In this document: positions 8,859 through 19,232 of the stretch, piece by piece | Numbering within the stretch: the stretch's first letter is position 1 | How the letters are laid out: each line of letters starts with the position of its first letter | Source of the DNA: Gemmatimonadales bacterium | GTDB lineage: Bacteria > Gemmatimonadota > Gemmatimonadetes > Gemmatimonadales > GWC2-71-9 | DNA: 64,000 bases | Assembly (NCBI GenBank): GCA_051955835.1 | Contig: JBQCGH010000030.1 | Location: forward strand, 3,688-67,687 | Direction of reading: 5' to 3' | Position numbers and translations under genes: made by a program | The notes under the pieces: model-generated | What the model saw: the letters and a program-made list of their open reading frames with translations, nothing else | Told to the model about the DNA's origin: nothing | Databases searched by the model: none

Positions 8859-10412
8859 ATGACGGTCCCGACCCGCCGGCTCGCGCTTCTGTTCGCTGTG
8901 CTGCTGCCTGCCGCCGCGCGGGCGGAGGCGCCGGGCGCAGCGTCGACCCTGGCCTACAGCATCGACCTCAACCGGCGGTCGGACGATCTCTTCCACGTGA
9001 CGCTGCGGGTAACGGGGCTCGGCGCCGGGAACGAGATCTACCAATTCGCGGCCACGGCACCCGGCACGTACCAGGTGATGAACATCGGCCGATACGTGAA
9101 GGCGTTTCACGCCTACGATGCACGGGGCGCCGAGGTGCCGGTGGAACAGCTGTCGGTGAACCAATGGAAGCTGTCCAATCCCGCGAAGGTCCGCACCATC
9201 CGATACACCATCGGGGAGACCTGGGACAGCCCGGTCGATCATCCGATCTACCGCATGTGCGGTACGACGATCGGACGGGACAACGTCCTCATCAATCCTC
9301 ACGCCGTGCTCGGATACCCCGAGGGTCTGCAGGCGGCGCCCGTGCGGCTGAGGCTGGCCTATCCCCCGGGGTGGCTGGCCGGCACGCCGTTGCATCGGGG
9401 CCCGGATGGCGCGTACGTCGCCGCCAACTACGACCAGCTGGTGGATTCGCCCATCCTCCTGGGCCGGCTCACGCGCGCGCGCCTGGTCGTGACCGGCGTG
9501 CCGGTCGACGTGTTCGTGTACTCGAGCGGCAACGACATCAAGGCGACGCAACTGCTCGGCGCCATGACCGGCATGCTCAAGGCCGCCGGACGGTTCCTCG
9601 GCAGGCTGCCGGTTGACCGCTACACCTTTCTGTACCACTTCGGGGACAGCTCGGCCGGCGCCTGGGAGCATTCGTACGGCTCCGAGTACGTGCTCAAGGA
9701 CGGCGAGTACACGGACTCGGTCGGGGAGAGGGTGACCGACATCGCGGCGCACGAGTTCTTCCACGTCGTCACGCCGCTCAACATCCACAGCGAGATCATC
9801 GAGCACTTCAACTTCGTGACGCCGGTCCCGTCGCGTCACCTGTGGCTGTACGAGGGCACGACCGAGTGGGCGGCGCACATGATGCAGCTCCGCGCGGGAC
9901 TCAAGACGCCGGAGCAGTACCTCGCGACCCAGATCACCAAGATGAAGATCGACCGTCAGGCCTTCGACAGCACCTACAGCCTAGGCGAGCTGGCCATGAC
10001 GTCATACAGTGACTCGGGCCAGAAGCAGTACGGCAACATCTACATGCGCGGGGCGCTGACGGCGGGCCTGCTCGACATCCGGCTACTCGAGCTGTCGGAC
10101 GGCCGGCGCGGGCTGCAGGACCTCATTGTCGAGCTGACCCATCATTTCGGCAAGCGCCGCGCATTCCCCGATTCCACCTTCGCGGATACGCTCGTCGCCA
10201 TGACCTATCCCGAAATCCGCGACTTCTTCGACCGCTACGTGTGGGGTTCCCAGCACCTGCCGATCAAGGAGTACTACGCCAAGCTGGGGATCAATCTGAT
10301 CGAGGACGAGAAAGGCGCGCCGGTCCGGTTTGAGATCGACCCCAATCCGACCGACGAGCAGCGGAAACTGCGCGAGGCATGGCTGGGCCGAAAGCCGGCG
10401 GCCCACTCGTAA
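8859..10412 (+). CDS. M61-family (glycyl aminopeptidase-like) zinc metallopeptidase, secreted
   Basis: 517-aa ORF with the signal peptide MTVPTRRLALLFAVLLPAAARAEA and the HExxH site AAHEFFHVV followed by WLYEGTTEWAA. It is a paralogue of the gene at 12837-14702 but lacks the PDZ domain. Confidence 0.85.
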   Translation: MTVPTRRLALLFAVLLPAAARAEAPGAASTLAYSIDLNRRSDDLFHVTLRVTGLGAGNEIYQFAATAPGTYQVMNIGRYVKAFHAYDARGAEVPVEQLSVNQWKLSNPAKVRTIRYTIGETWDSPVDHPIYRMCGTTIGRDNVLINPHAVLGYPEGLQAAPVRLRLAYPPGWLAGTPLHRGPDGAYVAANYDQLVDSPILLGRLTRARLVVTGVPVDVFVYSSGNDIKATQLLGAMTGMLKAAGRFLGRLPVDRYTFLYHFGDSSAGAWEHSYGSEYVLKDGEYTDSVGERVTDIAAHEFFHVVTPLNIHSEIIEHFNFVTPVPSRHLWLYEGTTEWAAHMMQLRAGLKTPEQYLATQITKMKIDRQAFDSTYSLGELAMTSYSDSGQKQYGNIYMRGALTAGLLDIRLLELSDGRRGLQDLIVELTHHFGKRRAFPDSTFADTLVAMTYPEIRDFFDRYVWGSQHLPIKEYYAKLGINLIEDEKGAPVRFEIDPNPTDEQRKLREAWLGRKPAAHS

Positions 10413-10451
10413 GCGGGACGGAGAGGCGAAGTCCCTCCCCCTCGCACCCGC

Positions 10452-11246
10452 TCACGAATAGTAGCGCTTGAGGTGGCTGGCCACGCCGTCCAGGTCGGGG
10501 AACAGGCGCCGCTCGTCCACGCTCACGAGGTCGAGCTGGTCCCGGATCCGGCCCCGTTCGCCCGCGGGGATGACCAGCTTGGTCAGGGCGTCGCCTAGTC
10601 CGTGCTGCTCGAGAAACCGGTCGAACGATTGGCGCTTGTCGGAGCAGAGCGTGAACGCCGCCGACTGCGCCACGATCCGGATGTCGAGTGACGGCGGCTC
10701 GAGCATGCAGGCGAACGGCCTGACGTCGGGCCGCGTGGCGAAGAGCGTCGATGGCGTGAAGGGCCGCTCCCCCCCGAAGATGCCCACGAGATCCTGAATC
10801 AGCAGGGCGAGATCCGGCAGCTTGAAGTGCCGGTGCATCGCCTTCCAGTCCAATCGCCAGACGGCGCGGTCGGTATCCCCGCCCGAGTCCACCGTCGCGA
10901 AATGGGCAGCGACCAAGGGCGAGTACGTCCAGTCGAGGAGCCGCGTGGGGAGCCCGTGGTGCTGCGCGGCCACCAGTACCTCCCAGTCGTTCTCCGGTGG
11001 GTTGACGAAGTAGGGCCGGGAGTAGCGGATGAAGTTGCGGAGGATGTACTCCTCGAGATCCGCCTTGGTGTGGGGCGGCTGGACGCCGCCCAGGGCGTCG
11101 AGACTCGTGAGCAGGGGCCAGTGCGCGTCCGCGGCGCCGCGGTACACGCCAGTGCTGCGCCGCCGCCCCGTTGCCGGATCGGGCTCGGGCGGCGTGGTCT
11201 GGGCGATGAGATCGCCGAGCGAGTGGACCACGACTTCGCGAATCAT
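10452..11246 (-). CDS. FRG-domain protein
   Basis: The C-terminal 264 codons of ORF 10452..12053, starting at ATG 11246. Features: VYRGAADAHWPLLTSL (FRG-type motif), ILRNFIRYSRPYF, and AQHHGLPTRLLDWTYSPLVAAHFA. The upstream part of the ORF is antisense to gluQ and is rejected. Confidence 0.75.
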   Translation of the reverse strand: MIREVVVHSLGDLIAQTTPPEPDPATGRRRSTGVYRGAADAHWPLLTSLDALGGVQPPHTKADLEEYILRNFIRYSRPYFVNPPENDWEVLVAAQHHGLPTRLLDWTYSPLVAAHFATVDSGGDTDRAVWRLDWKAMHRHFKLPDLALLIQDLVGIFGGERPFTPSTLFATRPDVRPFACMLEPPSLDIRIVAQSAAFTLCSDKRQSFDRFLEQHGLGDALTKLVIPAGERGRIRDQLDLVSVDERRLFPDLDGVASHLKRYYS

Positions 11247-11309
11247 CGTGGATATGAAAGGACCGCACCGGGATCGCGCAAGCCCGCCGGACCCGGCGAT
11301 CTTCCCCGG

Positions 11310-12242
11310 GTGACTGTCGTCGACCTCGCGCGCCTCGCGGCTCGGCTTCCGCCGAGCCCCCTCACCCGCTTCGCCCCGAGCCCGACCGGGTACCTTCATC
11401 TCGGCCACGTCGCCAACGCGGTGTGGGTCTGGGGCCTCGCCCGTGCGCTCGGGGGCCGGGTGCTGCTGCGTTTGGAGGACCACGACCGGGGCCGCTGCCG
11501 GCCAGCCTACGAAGCGGCGCTGCTCGAGGACCTCGCCTGGCTCGGGCTGGAGCCGGACCTCGGACGGCCCGACGAGCTTCGGGTCGCCCCCTCGCCCTAT
11601 CGCCAAAGCGACATGGGCAGCCACTACGAGGCCGTGCTCGCGACCCTTGCCACCCGCGCGACGGTGTTCGCCTGTGACTGCTCCCGCAAGGACATGGCGC
11701 GCGCCACAGCCGACGTATTCAACCAGGAGACCCGATACACCGGCCGCTGTCGGACGCGGGGTCTCTCTCTCGCCCATGGCCGGGGCGTGCGCGTGCTCAT
11801 GGTCCCGGGCCTGGAGCAGTTCGACGATGTTCGGCTCGGTCTGCAGGCACAGGAACCCGCGCTTCAGTGCGGTGATCTCCTGCTCCGGGACCGACTGGGG
11901 CGGTGGACCTATCAGTTCGCGGTGGTCGCGGATGACCTCCGACACGGCATCGACCTCGTCGTCCGGGGCGAGGACCTGCTCGACTCGACCGGGCGGCAGA
12001 TCCTGCTCGGACGTCTCCTGGGCCGGTCGGAGCCCCCGCTGTTCCTGCATCACCCGCTCATCCGGAAGCCCGGCGGCGAGAAGCTCAGCAAGTCCAGCGG
12101 TGACACGGGCATCCGTGAGCTCCGGTCGGGCGGGCTCTCACCCGCGGCCGCGCTGGGTCTCGCGGCCCACCGCACCGGATTGCAGCCCCGGCCCGATCCG
12201 GTCGAGGCTCGTGATCTGGCCAAGCTGTTCGGCGCGGGTTAG
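11310..12242 (+). CDS. gluQ: glutamyl-Q tRNA(Asp) synthetase
   Basis: GTG 11310 is in frame within ORF 10827..12242 and gives 310 aa. HIGH motif: RFAPSPTGYLHLGH. KMSKS-like motif: KLSKS. The truncated GluRS size is typical of GluQRS. Confidence 0.85.
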   Translation: MTVVDLARLAARLPPSPLTRFAPSPTGYLHLGHVANAVWVWGLARALGGRVLLRLEDHDRGRCRPAYEAALLEDLAWLGLEPDLGRPDELRVAPSPYRQSDMGSHYEAVLATLATRATVFACDCSRKDMARATADVFNQETRYTGRCRTRGLSLAHGRGVRVLMVPGLEQFDDVRLGLQAQEPALQCGDLLLRDRLGRWTYQFAVVADDLRHGIDLVVRGEDLLDSTGRQILLGRLLGRSEPPLFLHHPLIRKPGGEKLSKSSGDTGIRELRSGGLSPAAALGLAAHRTGLQPRPDPVEARDLAKLFGAG

Positions 12243-12252
12243 CATCACGACC

Positions 12253-12840
12253 ATGACGCTTCGCCCATTGGCGCTCGCCGTGCTTGCGGTCGCGTGGCCC
12301 GCGCCCGCCCGCGTCGCCGCCCAGATGCTGCCCCGTGTCGTGATTCAGACGAGCCTCGGCAACATCGAGGTCGAAGTGGACACGATCCGGGCGCCGATCA
12401 CCTCGGCCAACTTCCTGCGCTACGTGGATCTGGGATTCTACCGGTTCGGACGGTTCCACCGCACCGTGCGGGCGGACAACCAGCCGAAGGACAAGATAAA
12501 GATCGCTGTGGTTCAGGCGGGCCTGGACTCGCTCCGGGTGAAGGACTTCCCGCCGATCACGCTCGAGCGAACGCGCACCACGGGCCTGTCGCACAAGGAC
12601 GGAACCATCTCGATGGCGCGGGACGGCCCGAACACGGCCACGTCCGATTTCTTCATCTGCATCGGCGATCAGCCGTCGCTCGACTTCGGCGGGAAGCGGA
12701 ACCCGGACGGCCAGGGGTTCGCCGCATTCGGGCGGGTGGTGCTGGGCATGGACATCGTGCGGCAGATCCAGGCGTCACCGGCCCGCGGACAGACGCTGGA
12801 TCCGCCGATTCCGATCTACGGCGTCGTGCGAAAGGGCTAG
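12253..12840 (+). CDS. cyclophilin-type peptidyl-prolyl cis-trans isomerase, secreted
   Basis: ATG 12253 within ORF 11443..12840 (195 aa). Signal peptide MTLRPLALAVLAVAWPAPARVAAQ. Cyclophilin core: SANFLRYV...FHRTV...GTISMARDGPNTATSDFFICIGDQPSLD. Confidence 0.9.
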   Translation: MTLRPLALAVLAVAWPAPARVAAQMLPRVVIQTSLGNIEVEVDTIRAPITSANFLRYVDLGFYRFGRFHRTVRADNQPKDKIKIAVVQAGLDSLRVKDFPPITLERTRTTGLSHKDGTISMARDGPNTATSDFFICIGDQPSLDFGGKRNPDGQGFAAFGRVVLGMDIVRQIQASPARGQTLDPPIPIYGVVRKG

Positions 12841-14702
12841 GGGCCAACCACGCCCTTGAGGATGCCGTCGCGTACGCGGACGGCCTTCGGTGAGGCCGTC
12901 GAATCGACCGCCAGACGGCCCTCGACGTGCGGCACGAGGTGCACCTTTCCGGTCAGCGTCATGGTCTGGCCGGCCCGGCGCACCTGAATCGGCAGCGGCT
13001 GGCCCTCCTGCTTGAACCGCTCACGGAACTTGGCCGCGAAGCTCTGATCGGTGATCGCAATGTCGCCGAGCGAGACCAGCACGTCGCCCGCCTTGATCCC
13101 CGCCTCCTCCGCCGATCCGCCCGGCTGTATCTCACGTACCACCACCGCGCCGCTCGAGTCCTGTCCCGCGATCAGGCCGAGCCGCGCCTCGTGGGTGGTG
13201 TCGACCGCGATGCGCAGCCCGACCATCGGCAGGAGCTGGGCCCACGGGTACGGGTCGCGGCCGTCCACGTACTTGGCGGCGAAATCCGCGAAGCTCCGGC
13301 CGCCGGCGGCCTTGGATACGGCCGCCCACCATTGGGCGCCCGTGAAGCCGCGCCCGCCCGCCTTGTAGGTGGTGCGATACAGCTCGCGCATCACGTCGTC
13401 GAGCGAGTGCTGGTTGTTGCTCGCATCGCGGATCATGATGTCCAGCGCGAACCCCGCGAGCGAGCCCTTCGGGTAGTACAGGTACTCGCTGCCGTCGGTC
13501 GGGTGAATCCAGGTGGTGAGCGACGCGTCCTCCAGCGCCGTCGGCGGAGCGGCGGCAACCTTGGCCAGCTTCTCGCCCGTGACGTTGAGGAACTGTTGAT
13601 CGTTGATGAGGCCGCCTCGCCGGAGCGCAAGGTCGGCGTAGTAGTCGGTGATTCCTTCGCTCACCCACAGCCACACGGTGGGCTCGCTGCGGTCATAACG
13701 GTATGGCACCATGTCGGCCGGCCGGAGGCGCTTCACGTTCCAGGCGTGAAAGATCTCATGCGCGGTGATCGAGGCCAGGATCGCGTTGCCGATGAAGCCC
13801 GGATTGTAGATGCCGACGTGCGAGTTGGTGTGCTCGAGTGCGCTGCCTCCGCCGTACGCCGAGTCGAAGATCATCATCACGTTGTAGGCCGACCACGGCG
13901 TTTCGCCGAAGACCTGCGCCTCGGCGGGTATGATCTTGCCCAGCGCGTCCAGCGTCTGGGTGCGGGTCGCACCAGTGAGCATCCCCGCCGGATAGGTGAC
14001 GAGCCGGGTCCAGTGACCGGCCACCTGGGTGCTGTCGAGGTCCATCCGGCCGATGAAGAACGGCTTGTCTACGAGGTCGTGGTAGTTCTCCTCGCGATAG
14101 GTGTGCGCTGACGTCGGGACGGGCTGCATGCCGGTGGCCACCAGCCACGACGGCTCGGTGTGCACGGTGACCGTGGCGGGAAAGGCCGTGCCGCGCCCTT
14201 CGGGGTACAGGAAGACGTTGGTGCCGTTGAAGAGCGCGAAATCGGGCCGGGCCCACGCCATCGCATTGTCCAGGGTGTCGGCCAGATAGTTGAACCGCAC
14301 GGTCATCGATTTGGCGCCGGCGGGCTGCACGCGCCAGGTGTCGTAGTCGAGCTTGTCCCAGGCCAGCGGCTTGTCTCCCGCCACGGGCGTGAAGTCCGAC
14401 ACCCAGCGTGCGAAGAAGCTGAGCTCGTACGCGCCCGGCGTCCATTCGGGCAGCGACAACACCACTGGTCCGGGGCCGGCCACGTCGAAGCTCATGGCGA
14501 CCTGGAGCCGCCGCGCCTGCGCGGTGATCGAATCGAACGTCACCTCGTAGCGGATGTTGGCGAGCGGCGCTGAGACCGGTGGGGCGGCCGGCCGCGCCGC
14601 GGGCGGACGCGCGGGCGCCTTCTGGGCGGCGGCTGGGGCGGGCAGCAGGCTCGCGAGGGCGAGCGCGAACGACGAGAGCAGCGTGGAGGCAGCGGACATC
14701 AT
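12837..14702 (-). CDS. M61-family zinc metallopeptidase with C-terminal PDZ domain, secreted
   Basis: ORF 12837..14762. ATG 14702 gives the signal peptide MMSAASTLLSSFALALASLLPAPAAAQ. HExxH site is ITAHEIFHAWNV. PDZ-like region is GGSAEEAGIKAGDVLVSLGDIAI. Its stop shares the CTAG at 12837-12840 with the convergent PPIase gene. Confidence 0.85.
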   Translation of the reverse strand: MMSAASTLLSSFALALASLLPAPAAAQKAPARPPAARPAAPPVSAPLANIRYEVTFDSITAQARRLQVAMSFDVAGPGPVVLSLPEWTPGAYELSFFARWVSDFTPVAGDKPLAWDKLDYDTWRVQPAGAKSMTVRFNYLADTLDNAMAWARPDFALFNGTNVFLYPEGRGTAFPATVTVHTEPSWLVATGMQPVPTSAHTYREENYHDLVDKPFFIGRMDLDSTQVAGHWTRLVTYPAGMLTGATRTQTLDALGKIIPAEAQVFGETPWSAYNVMMIFDSAYGGGSALEHTNSHVGIYNPGFIGNAILASITAHEIFHAWNVKRLRPADMVPYRYDRSEPTVWLWVSEGITDYYADLALRRGGLINDQQFLNVTGEKLAKVAAAPPTALEDASLTTWIHPTDGSEYLYYPKGSLAGFALDIMIRDASNNQHSLDDVMRELYRTTYKAGGRGFTGAQWWAAVSKAAGGRSFADFAAKYVDGRDPYPWAQLLPMVGLRIAVDTTHEARLGLIAGQDSSGAVVVREIQPGGSAEEAGIKAGDVLVSLGDIAITDQSFAAKFRERFKQEGQPLPIQVRRAGQTMTLTGKVHLVPHVEGRLAVDSTASPKAVRVRDGILKGVVGP

Positions 14703-14842
14703 GACCCTGCGGGCTCGAGGGGGGGCCGGACAAACGCGGCGGACGTCGGGGCACAGGACCATGCTCCTGCCCCTCGACTCTCGTCTCCGGTCCTACGTGG
14801 GATACGGGGCGGCATGACTCAGGGATTCGCCGGCGCGGGATC

Positions 14843-16111
14843 CTAGCCGTCCGAGGGCGCGGGGGCCACGGCGGGGGCGAGGCCGGGCATCGGAGCATCC
14901 AGGGCGAGGTCTCCTTCCCAGCGCGCGATCACCGCTGTGGCCAGGCAGTTGCCGACGAGGTTGGTCATCGTCCGGGCCATATCCATCAGCGTGTCGACGC
15001 CCAGCACCACGGCGACCCCCTCGAGCGGAAGCCCGAAGGCGCTGACCGCACCGGCCAGGACCACCAGCGAGGCCCGCGGCACTGCGGCGATGCCTTTGCT
15101 GGTGACCAGGAGCGTCAGCATCATGTAGAGCTGCGTTCCCACGCTCATCTCCACCCCGGCCGCCTGGGCGACGAAGATCGACGCGACCCCCAGGTAGAGC
15201 GTCGAGCCGTCCAGATTGAACGAGTAGCCGGTCGGCATGACGAACGCCACGATGCTTCGCGGCACGCCGAACTCCGTCATCCGCTGCATCGCGAGTGGGA
15301 GTGCCGCGTCGGAGGACGTGGTGGTGAACGCGATGATGGCCGGGTCCTTGGCGGCGGCCAGGAAGCGCCGGAGCGGGATGCGTGCCACCATCGCGGCGGG
15401 CACCAGCGCGAGGAGCGCGAAGGCGATGAGCGCGCCGTACAGCGTGCCGACCAGGAGGCCGAGGTTCCGCAGCACCTGAATGCCGCTGTGGCTCACCGTC
15501 ACCGCCATGGCCGCGCCGACCCCGATCGGCGCGAACTTCATGACGATGGCCACGAACTTGAACATCACCTCCATCAGCCCTTCGCACAGGTCGAGCATCG
15601 CCTGTTTCGGCCGCCCCCGCACCTGCGTGAGCGCGATGGCGAAGAGGGTGCCCCAGAACACCACCTGCAGCACTTCGTTGTGGACGGCGGCCTCGAACAC
15701 GCTCTGCGGCACGACGTGCTGGAGGAATCCGTCGAACGTGGTGGGCGCCGCGGCGGGGATGGGTGCGTTCGGGTCGGGGGGCGGCAACACGACGCCCACG
15801 CCCGGTCGGGTGATGTTCACGGCCAGGAGACCGACCGCGAGCGCCACGGTCGTCATGACCCAGAAGTAGGCGATCGACTTGAGTGCCAACCGCCCAAGAC
15901 GCTTGAGGTCGTCCCCGTGGCCCGCGATCCCGACCACCAGCGTGCCGAAGATGATCGGCACCACCACCGACTTGATCATCCGAAGGAAGGTGGTGGAGAG
16001 CGGCTTGGACGCGGCCCCGACGTCGGGCCACAGCCAGCCGATCAGGATGCCGGCAGCCATCCCGATGAAGATCCACCAGGTCAGCGTGATCGAGCGGAGC
16101 AGGCGAAGCAT
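14843..16111 (-). CDS. dicarboxylate/amino acid:cation symporter (DAACS, GltP/DctA-like)
   Basis: ATG 16111 within ORF 14843..16471 (422 aa). Motifs: [21 protein letters not shown]..., FLRMIKSVVVPIIF, TTSSDAALP, and GYSFNLDGSTLY, which is typical of the family. Its start overlaps the tal stop (TGATG). Confidence 0.9.
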   Translation of the reverse strand: MLRLLRSITLTWWIFIGMAAGILIGWLWPDVGAASKPLSTTFLRMIKSVVVPIIFGTLVVGIAGHGDDLKRLGRLALKSIAYFWVMTTVALAVGLLAVNITRPGVGVVLPPPDPNAPIPAAAPTTFDGFLQHVVPQSVFEAAVHNEVLQVVFWGTLFAIALTQVRGRPKQAMLDLCEGLMEVMFKFVAIVMKFAPIGVGAAMAVTVSHSGIQVLRNLGLLVGTLYGALIAFALLALVPAAMVARIPLRRFLAAAKDPAIIAFTTTSSDAALPLAMQRMTEFGVPRSIVAFVMPTGYSFNLDGSTLYLGVASIFVAQAAGVEMSVGTQLYMMLTLLVTSKGIAAVPRASLVVLAGAVSAFGLPLEGVAVVLGVDTLMDMARTMTNLVGNCLATAVIARWEGDLALDAPMPGLAPAVAPAPSDG

Positions 16112-17235
16112 CAGCGTGCCGCGAGGGCCCCGGCCTTTGCTTCGATGCCGGCCAGGAGTGAGGTGTAGGAGGCGGCAAACCGCGCAACGCCATCGGCCTC
16201 GAGCTCGCGGGTAACGGTCCCGAGATCGATGCCCAGCTCGCCCAACGCCGCGAGCAGCTCCGGTGCCGCCGCCATGCCGTCCGCGATCCGCACCGCGGGC
16301 CGGCCGTGGTCGCGGTAGGCGGCGAACGTCTCTGGCGGCAGCGTGTTCACCGTCCGGGGTGCGACCAGCGGTTCCACGTAGTGCACGTCCGAGTACGCGG
16401 GATCTTTGGTGCTGGTGGACGCCCAGAGCGGCCGCTGCGGCCGCGCCCCGGCCGCGGCCAACCGTTCCCACCTCGGCGTGGCGAGCGACTCCTCGAACCC
16501 GCGGTACGCGGCGCAGGCATTCGCGATCGCGATGCGACCCCGGAGGTGTTTGGGGTCGCCCAGGCGGTCGAGCGCGGGGTCGACCTTGCCATCCACCCGG
16601 CTCACGAAGAAGCTCGCCACCGACGCGATCGGCCGGAGCGGCTGGCCCGCATCGATGCGGCGCTCGAGACCCGCGTGGAACGCCTCGATGACCTCACCGT
16701 ACCGGGCGACCGAGAAGAGCAGCGTCACGTTGACGCTGATGCCTCGCGCGATGCACTCGGTAATGGCCGGGAGCCCTTCGGTGGTGCCGGGGATCTTGAT
16801 CATCGCGTTCGGCCGATCGACCGCGCGCCAGAGCCGAACGGCCTCGCGCACGGTCGCCGCCGAGTCGTGGGCCAGCGCCGGCGACACCTCGAGTGAGACC
16901 AGCCCGTCGTCGCCACCGGTCGCCTGATAGACGCCGGCAAAGGCGTCGCAGGCGGCGCGCACGTCGGCGACGGCCAGCCGCTCGAAGATGTCCTGGGGGC
17001 TCGCGCCCCCCTCGGCCTGTGTGCGGATCTCCTCGTCATAGAGGCGGCTGCCCGCAATGGCCTTCTCGAAGATCGATGGATTGCTGGTCATGCCCCGGAG
17101 ACCATCCTCGCGAATGAGCCGGGCCAGCTCACCCGATGTGACGAGATCGCGGGTGATGTAGTCGTACCAGGGACTCTGTCCCAGCTCGCGGAGGCGGAGC
17201 AGGGGATTGGAGGGGCGGGTCGACAGGCCGGTCAT
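16111..17235 (-). CDS. tal: transaldolase
   Basis: 374-aa ORF. Motifs: [25 protein letters not shown], and MIKIPGT (Schiff-base Lys region). ATGA overlap with the tkt stop. Confidence 0.92.
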   Translation of the reverse strand: MTGLSTRPSNPLLRLRELGQSPWYDYITRDLVTSGELARLIREDGLRGMTSNPSIFEKAIAGSRLYDEEIRTQAEGGASPQDIFERLAVADVRAACDAFAGVYQATGGDDGLVSLEVSPALAHDSAATVREAVRLWRAVDRPNAMIKIPGTTEGLPAITECIARGISVNVTLLFSVARYGEVIEAFHAGLERRIDAGQPLRPIASVASFFVSRVDGKVDPALDRLGDPKHLRGRIAIANACAAYRGFEESLATPRWERLAAAGARPQRPLWASTSTKDPAYSDVHYVEPLVAPRTVNTLPPETFAAYRDHGRPAVRIADGMAAAPELLAALGELGIDLGTVTRELEADGVARFAASYTSLLAGIEAKAGALAAR

Positions 17236-19232
17236 GCGGACCTCCGGACGATCAGCTGCCGCACCAGTGTGGCGGCGCGCTCGGGCGTGAGCTTGAACTC
17301 ATCGAACAGACGCTCGGCGGGGGCCGAAGCGCCAAACCCTTCCATCGCGAGCATGGCGCCATCGGGGCCTGTCCAGCGCTCCCACCCGAATGGACTCGCG
17401 GCCTCGATGCCGAGCCGGACACCGACGGCGGGCGGCAGCACCTCATGGCGATAGCTCTCCGGCTGGCCCGCGAACAGCTCCCACGACGGCATCGAGACCA
17501 CCCGCACGCGCACCCGGTCGGCCTGGAGCAGCCGGGCCGCGGCCAGCGCCACGTGGACCTCGGACCCGGTGGCGATGAGAATCGCCTGAGGGTGGCCCCC
17601 GGGCGGGTCGAGCAGCACGTACGCCCCGCGCGCCGTCCCGCTCGCAGCGCCGAGGGTCGCGCGGTCGAGCACCGGGATCTTCTGTCGCGTGAGCGCAAGC
17701 AGTGTCGGACCGTCGGTCCTGGCGATGGCGCAGCGCCAGGCCTCGACCGTCTCGTTGGCGTCCGCAGGGCGGAACACCATGAGATTCGGGATGGCGCGGA
17801 GCATCGCGAGGTGCTCGATCGGCTGGTGCGTGGGCCCGTCTTCCCCCAGGCCGATCGAGTCGTGGGTGCCGATGTAGATGATCGGCAGCCGCATGATGGC
17901 TGCCAGCCGGATGGCCGGCTTCATGTAGTCGGAGAAGATGAGGAAGGTGCTCCCGAACGCCCGGAGGCCCCCGTGTGCCGCAATGCCGTTGAGACATGCG
18001 CCCATGCCGTGCTCGCGCACGCCCCAGTGGAACGTTCGCCCACTCGTCGTGGGTCCGAATGTGCCACCCTGCTTGAGCACCGTGCCGGTGCTGCCCGCCA
18101 GATCGGCCGAGCCGCCCACGAGGTTGGGTAGCGCCACCGCGAGGGCCTGGAGCGCCTGGCCCGACGCCTGACGCGTGGCCAGCGGCTCCTGCTCCGCCGT
18201 GAACGTCGGCAGTCCGTGGTCCCATCCCTCGGGGAGGGCGCCCGACAGCCACAGGGTCAGCTCGGCCGCGCCTTCCGGGTCGTCCGCGCGATACGCGTCG
18301 AGGCGGACGCGCCAGTCCGCCTCGGCCGCCTCGCCGCGCGGCACTGCCTCGCGCCAGTGGTCGAGCGCATCCTCGGGGACGAAGAAGGTCGGCTCGAGCG
18401 GCCAGCCCATGATCTCCTTGGTCCGGCGGACCTCCTCGGTCCCGAGCGGCTCGCCGTGGGCCTTGCTGGTATTGCGCTTGGTCGGGGCGGGATCGGCGAT
18501 CGCCGTGCGAAGGATGATGAGGGACGGCCGGGCGGCCTCGGCAATGGCGGCCTCGCAGGCGGCCGCGATCGCGGTGAGGTCGTTGCCCTCGCCCACCCGG
18601 ACGACGTGCCACCCATAGGCCTCGAAGCGCTGACGCACGTCCTCGCTGAACGAGAGCGCCGTGTCGCCGTCGATCGTAATGTGATTGTCGTCGTAGAGCA
18701 GGGTCAGCTTGCCGAGGCGAAGATGCCCCGCGAGCGACGACGCCTCGTGCGACACGCCTTCCATGAGGTCGCCGTCGCTCACGAAAGCCCAGGTGCGATG
18801 ATCGACGATCCGATGCCCCGGCCGGTTGAACCGCTCGGCCAGGAATCGTTCGGCGATCGCCATGCCCACCGCGTTCCCCACGCCCTGCCCTAGCGGGCCG
18901 GTGGTCGTCTCGACGCCGGGCGTGTGGCCCCGCTCCGGATGACCCGGCGTGCGCGAGCCCCACTGCCGAAACGCGCGCAAGTCATCGAGCGACACGTCGT
19001 ACCCGGTCAGGTACAGCAAGGAGTACAGCAGCATCGACGCGTGGCCGCAGGACAGCACGAAGCGGTCACGGTCAGGCCAGTCGGGGTGCAGGGGGTCGTG
19101 CTTGAGGAAGTGGTGCCACACGACGTACGCCGCGGGGGCGAGCGCCATCGGGGTGCCGGGATGTCCCGACTGCGCTGCCTCGACGGCGTCCATCGCGAGC
19201 GCGCGGATGCTGTTGATACTGCGCCAGACCAC
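17232..19232 (-). CDS. tkt: transketolase
   Basis: ORF 17232..19412. In-frame GTG 19232 gives (M)[25 protein letters not shown], the same N-terminal spacing as E. coli TktA, and 666 aa. TPP motif is VSDGDLMEG, and [15 protein letters not shown] is also present. The TTG 19412 extension is not conserved-looking. Confidence 0.92.
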   Translation of the reverse strand: MVWRSINSIRALAMDAVEAAQSGHPGTPMALAPAAYVVWHHFLKHDPLHPDWPDRDRFVLSCGHASMLLYSLLYLTGYDVSLDDLRAFRQWGSRTPGHPERGHTPGVETTTGPLGQGVGNAVGMAIAERFLAERFNRPGHRIVDHRTWAFVSDGDLMEGVSHEASSLAGHLRLGKLTLLYDDNHITIDGDTALSFSEDVRQRFEAYGWHVVRVGEGNDLTAIAAACEAAIAEAARPSLIILRTAIADPAPTKRNTSKAHGEPLGTEEVRRTKEIMGWPLEPTFFVPEDALDHWREAVPRGEAAEADWRVRLDAYRADDPEGAAELTLWLSGALPEGWDHGLPTFTAEQEPLATRQASGQALQALAVALPNLVGGSADLAGSTGTVLKQGGTFGPTTSGRTFHWGVREHGMGACLNGIAAHGGLRAFGSTFLIFSDYMKPAIRLAAIMRLPIIYIGTHDSIGLGEDGPTHQPIEHLAMLRAIPNLMVFRPADANETVEAWRCAIARTDGPTLLALTRQKIPVLDRATLGAASGTARGAYVLLDPPGGHPQAILIATGSEVHVALAAARLLQADRVRVRVVSMPSWELFAGQPESYRHEVLPPAVGVRLGIEAASPFGWERWTGPDGAMLAMEGFGASAPAERLFDEFKLTPERAATLVRQLIVRRSA

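Noticed and set aside
10452-12053. The 533-aa version of the FRG-domain ORF and the 697-aa version of the glpD ORF (29124..31217).
   Set aside because: The N-terminal extensions are low-complexity. They run antisense through gluQ and the methyltransferase gene respectively. Internal starts (ATG 11246 and GTG 30731) give products of the expected family size.
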